Positions 28,327-38,747 of a DNA stretch of 64,000 bases are shown here, piece by piece. Each line of letters opens with the position of its first letter. The first letter of the stretch is position 1. A program made the position numbers and the translations under genes. A model generated the notes under the pieces. It searched no databases and was not told the DNA's origin. It saw nothing but the letters and a program-made list of their open reading frames with translations. Origin of the DNA: Planctomycetota bacterium (GTDB lineage: Bacteria > Planctomycetota > B15-G4); NCBI GenBank assembly GCA_038212275.1, contig JBBQUR010000010.1, positions 1 through 64,000 on the forward strand. The letters are read 5' to 3'.

Positions 28327-29454
28327 ATGCGTCGGCTCTACTTCGATCACAACGCGAGTTGCCCGCTGCGTTCCGTGGCGCGCGATGCGATGCAGGAAGT
28401 CCTCGCCGATCCGCTGGCCGGCAATCCTTCGAGCGCCCATGCGGACGGCCGCAGGTCTCGTGCGAGGCTCGAGGCTGCGCGCGAGACGCTCGCTCGCGTG
28501 TTCGACTGCAACCGCGACGAGGTCGTGTTCACCTCCGGCGGCACTGAATCGAACACGCTCGCGCTCCACGCGTCATCGCCGGAGCAATCCATCCTTCACT
28601 CCCCGATCGAACATCCGTCGCTGCTGGAGCCGCTGCGCGATTCTCGGCACGCCGTCGCCTTGAACGTGGATGGCGAAGGGCGCATCGACCCGGACGAGCT
28701 GACACGCCACGCCTCGTTGCATCCATCGCTGGTGACCGTGGCACTCGCCAACCATGAACTCGGCACCGTGCAGGACATGCACCGGCTCGTGCTCGCCGCA
28801 CACGCGCTCGGCGCGCGCGTTCACTGCGACGCGAGCCAGGCCGCGGGACGACTGCCGCTCTCCTTCCGCGAACTCGGTGCGGATCTCATGACCCTGTCCG
28901 CGCACAAGCTGGGAGGACCCGTCGGCATCGGCGCACTGATCGTGCGCGTCGGCACGCCGTTGCGCGCTTTGCACCGGGGAGGCGAACAGGAGGGCGGACA
29001 GCGCGCCGGCACCGAAGCCGTCGCGCTGGCTGCCGGGTTCGCGGCGGCCGCGGAGCGCGCTGCGCTGGAACTTCCAGCCGCCGCGCCGCAATGGCGCGCC
29101 TGGTGCGTCGGGCTGAGAGAGCAGATCGCGCGCATGGCGCCGGACGCCGTGTTCAACTCGCCGGCGCTCGACGGCCTGCCCAACACGATCAATGTCTCGT
29201 TCCCGGGCCGGCCCGGAAGTTCGCTCGTGCACCGCCTCGATCTCGAGGGCGTCAGCGTCTCTCATGGCTCCGCCTGCGCCTCGGGCTCGCTGAAGCCGTC
29301 GCCCGTGCTGCTCGCGTGCGGCGCCGGCGAAGACCGCGCCCGCGGCGCATTACGGATAAGCGTCGGCCCGGTCAATAGCCCTGACGACCTGTCGGAGTTC
29401 GAGGTGCGGCTGTCCCGCGCGCTCGCTGCCGTGTCGCCGCGTTTCTCGACCTGA
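28327..29454 (+). CDS. Cysteine desulfurase (IscS/NifS family)
   Basis: YFDHNA, GNPSS, FTSGGTES, ANHELG, SAHKLGGP, GSACASG. Confidence 0.92.
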   Translation: MRRLYFDHNASCPLRSVARDAMQEVLADPLAGNPSSAHADGRRSRARLEAARETLARVFDCNRDEVVFTSGGTESNTLALHASSPEQSILHSPIEHPSLLEPLRDSRHAVALNVDGEGRIDPDELTRHASLHPSLVTVALANHELGTVQDMHRLVLAAHALGARVHCDASQAAGRLPLSFRELGADLMTLSAHKLGGPVGIGALIVRVGTPLRALHRGGEQEGGQRAGTEAVALAAGFAAAAERAALELPAAAPQWRAWCVGLREQIARMAPDAVFNSPALDGLPNTINVSFPGRPGSSLVHRLDLEGVSVSHGSACASGSLKPSPVLLACGAGEDRARGALRISVGPVNSPDDLSEFEVRLSRALAAVSPRFST

Positions 29455-29729
29455 CTCGCACTGCCTTGCGTGCGGTGATCGATGATGACGGCACATCGTG
29501 TGGAGGAAACCGACGGCCGCGCGACCGTAGCCGTCCGCACGACACATCGACGCGCACGACATCCGACGCTCCGCGCGAAGTGCGTGGTTGCTGACAACCA
29601 CCGCCCGGCAGGTCGTCTGCACCTCACGAGATGGAGCGATGCGTGGCGTTTGCTCCCACGCTTCACGGAGATGTCGCGCACGAGTCGTGACGACAAGCAC
29701 CGCATCGCGTGACGAGTGCTCACAACTCG

Positions 29730-29757
29730 TTGACAGCCGTGGAAAAAGCCCGATAGT
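29730..29757 (+). promoter_or_regulatory. Putative dnaA promoter (TTGACA-N16-GATAGT) with a degenerate DnaA box in the spacer
   Basis: Perfect -35 TTGACA at 29730; TTTTCCACG on the minus strand at 29738-29746. Confidence 0.5.
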
Positions 29758-29943
29758 ACCGCGGCCTTTCCTGCTGTCGGGGGCGCACGCGAGTCGACCG
29801 GATGCCGGGCCTTCCCCGGACGGTTCCGCACGCGCGTGCTCCGCGGGCACCAGCTGGAGGGGGCATCAAGGGATCTGCGCGCCGCGACGGCGCCGCGCGT
29901 TGGATCCGCGTTTTCTCCAGCCAGCGAAGGGAACCTCAGCCGG

Positions 29944-31488
29944 ATGAGCACGGCCGAAACATCGGTGCCGGATCGCACGACATGGCACGACGCGATCCGC
30001 AAGCTCGTGAGCAAGCAGCAGTACGAGCTGTGGTTCTCCTCGATGCAGCCGGTTGCCGCGAACGACGGCGGACTGCACTTCAGCGTGGCGAACGCCTTCA
30101 TCCGCGATTGGCTGTCGACCTACTACACCGAGGTGCTGCGGACCGCAGCACGTCAGTGCGCGGGGAGCGAGTTGCCGGTGCACCTCGTCCTGGCGGATCG
30201 CCTCGTTCCGGGGTCTGTTGCGGCCGATGGCGGCGCAACGACCCAGGGCGAGACGCAGGCCGGCCAGAGCGGCGCCACGAAGCAGACCGGCTGGAGGTCA
30301 GGGCCGACGAGCGCGGATGACGGGGCCACCGGTCACGACGAGCAGGCGTTCATCGGCGTCGGCGCGGACGGCGCCCGACAGCCGGGAACGTCGCCGCACG
30401 CTGGCGGCTCGACGTCCGACGGCATGGCGAACAGCGCAAGCCTGGCCTTCTTCACGCACAACTCGGACGTCGTCCTGAACCCGAAGTACGTCTTCGAGAA
30501 TTTCGTCGTCGGCCCGAGCAATCGCTTCGCGGCTGCCGCAGCGCGTGCCGTGGCGGATGCGCCCTCGGCTTCCTACAACCCGCTCTTCGTGCATGGCCGT
30601 GTCGGACTCGGAAAGACCCATCTGCTTCAGGCCATCTGCCATCAGGTGCTGGCTTCCAACCGCGAAGCCCGCGTGCTCTACCTGTCCAGCGAAACCTTCG
30701 TGAACCAGTTCATCGGAGCCATCGAAGGCCGCGACCTCGACCGATTCCGCACGCGCTACCGCAATGTGGACATGCTGCTCGTCGACGACATCCACCTGCT
30801 GGCCAACAAGGACCGCACGCAGGACGAGTTTTTCCACACCTTCAATGCTCTCTACAACGCCGGCCACCAGATCGTCCTCAGCAGCGACGGGCCCGCGAGT
30901 GGCATCCCGACCCTGAAGGAGCGCCTCATCAGCCGCTTCAAGTGGGGCATGGAGGTCGAACTGGCCGCTCCCGGCTACGAGACGCGGCTCGCCATCGTCA
31001 GGCGCAAGGCCCGTGACCGCGGCGTGGACGTCCCCGAGGACGTGCTCACCCTCATCACCGAGTCCATCGACACGAACATCCGCGAGCTCGAGGGCGCCAT
31101 CACGAAGGTGCTCGGTTACGCCCAGCTCATCCACCGGGACATCACGGTAGACCTTGCGCGCCAGGTGCTCGGCCTTTCGTCGAGCGGGCCGCTGCGACCC
31201 GTCACGGGCATCGAGCGCGTCGTCGAGGTCGTGTGCCGCCATTTCGGCGTGCGGCTGGCCGACCTGCAGGGTCGCAAGCGCACGCAATCCATCGCCCTGC
31301 CGAGGCAGACCGCGATGTACCTGGCGCGCAAGCTCACGACCCTCTCGCTCGAGGAGATCGGCGGGCATTTCGGCGGCCGCGATCACTCCACCGTGCTCTA
31401 CGCGGTCGATCGCACCGGGGAACGCATTGCCCAGGACCGGTCGTTCGCCCAGCTCGTCACCGACATGGAAATTCGTGCACAGCGCTGA
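29944..31488 (+). CDS. dnaA: Chromosomal replication initiator DnaA
   Basis: LNPKYVFENFV, YNPLF, GLGKTHL, QDEFFHTFN, RELEGA, FGGRDHSTV. Confidence 0.98.
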   Translation: MSTAETSVPDRTTWHDAIRKLVSKQQYELWFSSMQPVAANDGGLHFSVANAFIRDWLSTYYTEVLRTAARQCAGSELPVHLVLADRLVPGSVAADGGATTQGETQAGQSGATKQTGWRSGPTSADDGATGHDEQAFIGVGADGARQPGTSPHAGGSTSDGMANSASLAFFTHNSDVVLNPKYVFENFVVGPSNRFAAAAARAVADAPSASYNPLFVHGRVGLGKTHLLQAICHQVLASNREARVLYLSSETFVNQFIGAIEGRDLDRFRTRYRNVDMLLVDDIHLLANKDRTQDEFFHTFNALYNAGHQIVLSSDGPASGIPTLKERLISRFKWGMEVELAAPGYETRLAIVRRKARDRGVDVPEDVLTLITESIDTNIRELEGAITKVLGYAQLIHRDITVDLARQVLGLSSSGPLRPVTGIERVVEVVCRHFGVRLADLQGRKRTQSIALPRQTAMYLARKLTTLSLEEIGGHFGGRDHSTVLYAVDRTGERIAQDRSFAQLVTDMEIRAQR

Positions 31489-31832
31489 ATTCGTACACGT
31501 GAGCCGGCACGGCGCGAACGCGTTCCACCAGCGGACAGTTCGAGTTCCGCGTCCGCATTGTCGGCAACTCGCCGATCGCTCCACACCGATGGCGACCGAC
31601 GTCCACAAGCCGACCCGCCTCGTTGTCGAAAGCCAGCCAAACCCGCTTCGCTCTTCAACAGCCTCCGGCTCGGTGCCCCGGGACTGCGGATCGTTCTCCC
31701 GCCTGCTTCAGGGCTTGCAAACCTCTTCCCGTCAGGCACTTGCCGAGGACACGGAAGAGGTTTTCCCCAATCCGGCCATGCTTCAGAAGATGAAGTCTTT
31801 TCATTAGAATTGAAGGCTCTCAGGAAGATGCC
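31489..31832. other. Candidate oriC (dnaA-dnaN spacer); the spacer upstream of dnaA (29455-29943) may be part of it
   Basis: Position between dnaA and dnaN; degenerate boxes CGCTCCACA 31577, ACGTCCACA 31599, TTTTCCCCA 31761; AT-rich tract at about 31786-31814; no perfect TTATCCACA. Confidence 0.5.
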
Positions 31833-32933
31833 ATGAAACTCGACACACCCCGTGAACCGTTCCTCCAGCACCTCCAGCTCGCGGCATCGTTCTGTCCCGC
31901 GCGCAGTCCAAGGCCGATCGTGCAGGACGTGATGCTCGAGGTCCTGGACGGCGAGGTCGTGATGGCCGCCACCGATGCCGAGGTCTCCGTGCGCACCCGC
32001 TACCGGGTTGACGGCATCACGGGATCGGGACGGACGGCGCTGCCCGCGCTCACGCTGCTTTCCGCCGTGAGGGCGTTGTCCAGCGAGTCGCTGCACATCA
32101 CCGACAGCGGCGTGCTGCACGAGATCTCCGGCGGCAAGTCGATCTTCAAGCTGCACGGCGACGACCCCGAACTCTTCCCGAGCATCCCGTCGGTGGACAT
32201 GAGCCGTGCAGTGCGCGTGCCTGTCGCGGCGTTCGTCGATCTCTGCAACCGGACGATGTTCGCCGCGGCACGCGACATGGGACGTTACGCGTTCAACGGC
32301 GTGCTGCTCGAGATCGATCCGCAGGAGATCACGCTGGTGGCCACGGACGGACGCAGGTTGGCCATGGCGCGCATGGAATGCGCGACGGGCGTCACCGAGC
32401 GTCGGTCGAGCATCGTGCCCGTGAAGGGCCTCATACAGCTTCAGCGCGCGGCCGCCGACGGTGGCGAGGAACTCGCCATCGATCTTCGGGAGAACCAGGT
32501 CGCGTTCCGGCTCGGCGGCGCGGAGATCATCGCGCAACTCGTCGAGGGCGAATTCCCCGATTTCCGGGCCGTCCTGCCGAAGGACAAGGACATGCCGAGG
32601 CAGGTCGAGCTCGATCGCCAGGAACTGGCGCAAGCCGTCCACCGCGCATCGCTCACGGCCGGCGATCAGGGCCGGGCCGTCGAGTTGACCTTCGACAAGG
32701 GACTGCTCTGCGTGACGTCCCGCCAGGAAGGCCTCGGTGAAGCCCGCAGCGAAATGGGAGTGGCCTACGATGGCGACGCCGTCGGAATCCGCTTCAATCC
32801 CGAGTTCCTGGGCGAGTACCTCAAGGCTCTCGAAGACGCCACGGTGACGTTCCGCTTCAAGGACAGGATTTCAGCGGGGGAGTTCACCTCGTCCGGCAAC
32901 GCACGCTATGTCCTGATGCCGATCACGTCGTGA
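31833..32933 (+). CDS. dnaN: DNA polymerase III subunit beta (sliding clamp)
   Basis: ATDAEVS, VATDGRRLA, GEFPDF, C-terminal VLMPI. Confidence 0.97.
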   Translation: MKLDTPREPFLQHLQLAASFCPARSPRPIVQDVMLEVLDGEVVMAATDAEVSVRTRYRVDGITGSGRTALPALTLLSAVRALSSESLHITDSGVLHEISGGKSIFKLHGDDPELFPSIPSVDMSRAVRVPVAAFVDLCNRTMFAAARDMGRYAFNGVLLEIDPQEITLVATDGRRLAMARMECATGVTERRSSIVPVKGLIQLQRAAADGGEELAIDLRENQVAFRLGGAEIIAQLVEGEFPDFRAVLPKDKDMPRQVELDRQELAQAVHRASLTAGDQGRAVELTFDKGLLCVTSRQEGLGEARSEMGVAYDGDAVGIRFNPEFLGEYLKALEDATVTFRFKDRISAGEFTSSGNARYVLMPITS

Positions 32934-33018
32934 ACCTGAGCGGATCCACGCGCCTGGGCGGCGTGCCGGCAGGACACGAGAGTCCGGTCACGAGCCTGCC
33001 GGCCTTCACGGAAGACGC

Positions 33019-35720
<2,702 letters not shown>

Positions 35721-35771
35721 GCCGCGCGATCACACGCGCGCCGGGGAGCTGGAGCAGGACCGCGTGCGCGG

Positions 35772-36269
35772 CTAGCTCCGACCGGCGTCGTCTTCGCGCT
35801 GCGTCGGCTGCGCTGACTGCGCTGACTGCACTGCTTGCGTTGACTGCGTTGACTGCGCTGGATGCGCTGGATGCGCCGGATGCACTGGCTGTGTCGCCTG
35901 TGTCGCCTGTGCCGGAGGCGCGGCCGGCGCCGTCGGCGCCGTGGAGGAGGCTTCGCCGGGAGCCGGAAGCCGCGCAACGTCGTGCCAGTCGATGTCCGCG
36001 TCTTTCGCGAGGTCCAGGTCGTCCTTCATGTCGAGTCCCTGCTTGAACTCGGCGAGGCCAGGCAGCGATCCGATGCCGGCGGGGTCCTGCAGGTTCCTGG
36101 CGGTCTCGCTGGCCAGCGTGCGCAGCTTGCGAACGGTGCGTCCTGCCTTCCGCGCGACGTCCGGGAGGTCGCCGCCGAAGAGCATGATCGCGGCGGCGAC
36201 GACGATCATGAATTCCATCGGCCCGATGTCGAACAGGGCGAGGGACGCGGGCAGGCCGATGACGGACAT
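35772..36269 (-). CDS. Twin-arginine translocase TatA/TatB family subunit (TatB-like)
   Basis: LFDIGPMEFMIVVAAAIMLFGGDLPDVARKAGR; long low-complexity tail. Confidence 0.8.
   Translation of the reverse strand: MSVIGLPASLALFDIGPMEFMIVVAAAIMLFGGDLPDVARKAGRTVRKLRTLASETARNLQDPAGIGSLPGLAEFKQGLDMKDDLDLAKDADIDWHDVARLPAPGEASSTAPTAPAAPPAQATQATQPVHPAHPAHPAQSTQSTQAVQSAQSAQPTQREDDAGRS
35799..35915. repeat. Degenerate 9-bp tandem repeat (13 units) in the TatB-like tail
   Basis: ctgcgctga / atgcgctgg / ctgtgtcgc units encoding QAT, HPA, QST and QSA tripeptides. Confidence 0.85.
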
Positions 36270-36271
36270 GC

Positions 36272-38743
36272 CTAGAAGATACTGTTTTCCGTGGAGCCCG
36301 TCAGACTGTCGTCGCCGACGCCCACCGGCGTGAACGTGATCGTGAAGCTGGTCTCGTTCTTGCTCTGCCCTGTGAAACTCTCCGCGCGGCTGTTGTCCAG
36401 CTCGAAGCCGATGTACCAGCAGTGCGCCTTCTGCCGAAGTCGGACGCCGCTGCGCACCTTGTCGCTCCCGCGCGTGTCCTGCTCGAGGAAGACGGCGACC
36501 GCCCACTTCGGATTGAGTTGCCATTCCACCGTCGTGGTCACGAAGTTGAACTGGCCCGCCACCGCACTGTTCCCGATGGTGAGCTTGCGGCCTTCGCCGA
36601 TGGCGGTGGTGAAGCTCGAATAGCTCGTCTTGTAGTGGCGCGTCTCCGGGTCGAGCGTGGCGCGCCATCGCACCGAGGCGTCCTGCAGCCCGGTGATGTT
36701 GGCGTGCGGAATCCAGCGCGTGTCCACGAGCAGCGGCCCGACGAGATTGTTGTCGTTGAAGGAATTCCTTCCAGGATACAGAGGCAGCAGCAGCTCGGTG
36801 TCGAGCAGCGTCGCGACCTTGTCGTTCTGGTGCGTCTGGATCCGGTCGCGCAGGTCCAGCTTGATCACCTGTCCGCGGTCGAGCTGCTCGACCTGGTCGA
36901 TCTGGATCAACTCATCCGGCCGCTTGTTGAGCGCGAAGAGGTTGAAGTATCCGGCGCGCAGCTCGACGATGCGGCGCAGGCCCTCGATGTTCCACAGTTC
37001 ACTGTGCGCCTCGCCGGTGCCGACATAGGTGCGGCTCCACTGCGCGCCCACGTCGTAGGCGTAGCGCACGTCGGCGCCGCCGTGGAGCGTGTTGCTGAAG
37101 CCGGTGAGGTCCTGGCCCGCCTTGAGCGAGACGCGGTCGCCGTTCGAGAGGTCGTAGGGCAGCGTGACCTCCGCATTGCTGCCGACGCGCAGCACGGTGT
37201 CCGTGGACTGCAGGCCCGAGTCGTCGGCTTCGAGCAGTCGCGCGTTGCTGATGAAGTCCTTCATCGTGAGGAAGGCGTCGCCGACCTGCTCGCCCGCGAC
37301 GCGATGGGTGAGCTCGGGCAGGTACTCGACCTGCGTGTCGAAGTCGTTCAGCCGCGTCTGCGCCAGCACGCCCCACATGTGGTTGTCCACGACGTCGCGG
37401 TACCAGACATACGTCTCCTGGGGCTTCTCCTCGCGGTACTCCTTCTCGTAGTACTCCTGCAGGAAGTTTCCATCGCTGATCGCGGAGACCTCGATGTCCA
37501 GGGTCCTGTGCGCGTCGATCTTCGTGCGGTGCTCGAGGTCGATGCGCCCGCGGTGATTGTCGTTGATGGGCTGGCCCAGGAAATCCTTGCTGGCCGAGTC
37601 GTTGATGTACGAGCCGAACAGCTTTCCGAACGAATCGTCCGTGTGGTAGCTGACCCCGGGCTGCGTGAAGAGTCCGCGCTTGCTGTAGAGGTTCTCGTCG
37701 AGCTCCCATTTCGCGCGCACTTTGCCGTCGTAACCGAAGAGGCCGGCCACGCCCGTGGCGAGGTTCGTCGCGTCGCCCTCCCACGCGGTCTCCAGTTCGT
37801 AACCGAAGCGCGTGCTGCTGCCGAAGCTGAAGCGGTGCAGCAGCAGCTGCCCGTTGTCGACGTTCAGGTTGAGGCCCGGCCACCACATCACGGGGGTCTC
37901 GCCCCAGCAGATGGTGTTGCCCGCCGTCTCCAGGATGCGGCCGTCCGGCGTCGGCGTGAGCGTCGCGTCCGCGGTCTGGATGTGCCAGTGCGGGTTGGCG
38001 TGATCGCAGTTGGTGTAGATCAGCCCCGTCATCTGCGAGCTGCCGTCGCGCAGCCGGTGCAGCAGGTCGTAGCGAGCGACGATCGTCTCGCCGTCCTTCG
38101 ACACGGAGCGCAGCTCGCCCTTCACCACCGTGGCCACGCCCGTCGCGTTGTCGAGCAGGAACGAGCTTGCACCCGTGATCGTCTCGTCGCCCTCGACGAC
38201 GCTCACGTGCCCGTCGAGATAAAGCTCGGCCAGACGCGCATCCTTGACGAACACGTTCCGTTCCGGCGTTCCGGCGCCGTCCTCCGTCGACGGCGGTGCC
38301 TCGGGTGTGGCGTCGGCCTTCGCGTCGGGCAGCATCACGATCACGAGCGTGTCGCCCTTGAGCGTGCGCGCCCCCTGCACCACCTCGACGCCCTCGAGGA
38401 AGACCCAGACAAGGCGGCTGGCGTCCTGCGGGTCCTTGAAAAGGTATTGAGGTCCGAGCGGCCTGATCAGCGTGCCGCCGGCAACGGGGAGGATGCGTGG
38501 CGCGGCGGGTGGAGCGACTGCCTGCGCATCGAGCGCTGCGACGGCGGTGTCGGCCTCCGGTGCGGCGGCGGGAAGCGGCGCCGTCGCAGCTTGCGGAGAC
38601 GCAGGCGTCACGACAGGCTCCTGCTGGGCGATCAGCGTCGGCGCGGCGGCGCACCACGCGCCCAGCAGGAATGCCAGGGCGGTCCGCAGCCCGGAGCGAG
38701 CACGACGTCGGCGGGGCGCGGGGCTGGGCTGCCGTCGTCGCAC
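36272..38743 (-). CDS. lptD: LPS assembly protein LptD
   Basis: GTG start with AAGGAG ribosome-binding site; signal peptide; N-terminal jellyroll region, YTNCD..PHW, beta-barrel, HCW near the C-terminus; downstream of kdsD-kdsC. Confidence 0.8.
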   Translation of the reverse strand: MRRRQPSPAPRRRRARSGLRTALAFLLGAWCAAAPTLIAQQEPVVTPASPQAATAPLPAAAPEADTAVAALDAQAVAPPAAPRILPVAGGTLIRPLGPQYLFKDPQDASRLVWVFLEGVEVVQGARTLKGDTLVIVMLPDAKADATPEAPPSTEDGAGTPERNVFVKDARLAELYLDGHVSVVEGDETITGASSFLLDNATGVATVVKGELRSVSKDGETIVARYDLLHRLRDGSSQMTGLIYTNCDHANPHWHIQTADATLTPTPDGRILETAGNTICWGETPVMWWPGLNLNVDNGQLLLHRFSFGSSTRFGYELETAWEGDATNLATGVAGLFGYDGKVRAKWELDENLYSKRGLFTQPGVSYHTDDSFGKLFGSYINDSASKDFLGQPINDNHRGRIDLEHRTKIDAHRTLDIEVSAISDGNFLQEYYEKEYREEKPQETYVWYRDVVDNHMWGVLAQTRLNDFDTQVEYLPELTHRVAGEQVGDAFLTMKDFISNARLLEADDSGLQSTDTVLRVGSNAEVTLPYDLSNGDRVSLKAGQDLTGFSNTLHGGADVRYAYDVGAQWSRTYVGTGEAHSELWNIEGLRRIVELRAGYFNLFALNKRPDELIQIDQVEQLDRGQVIKLDLRDRIQTHQNDKVATLLDTELLLPLYPGRNSFNDNNLVGPLLVDTRWIPHANITGLQDASVRWRATLDPETRHYKTSYSSFTTAIGEGRKLTIGNSAVAGQFNFVTTTVEWQLNPKWAVAVFLEQDTRGSDKVRSGVRLRQKAHCWYIGFELDNSRAESFTGQSKNETSFTITFTPVGVGDDSLTGSTENSIF

Positions 38744-38747
38744 GCGC

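Noticed and set aside
35799..35915. Possible CRISPR-like array
   Set aside because: Contiguous in-frame 9-bp units without spacers, and no cas genes
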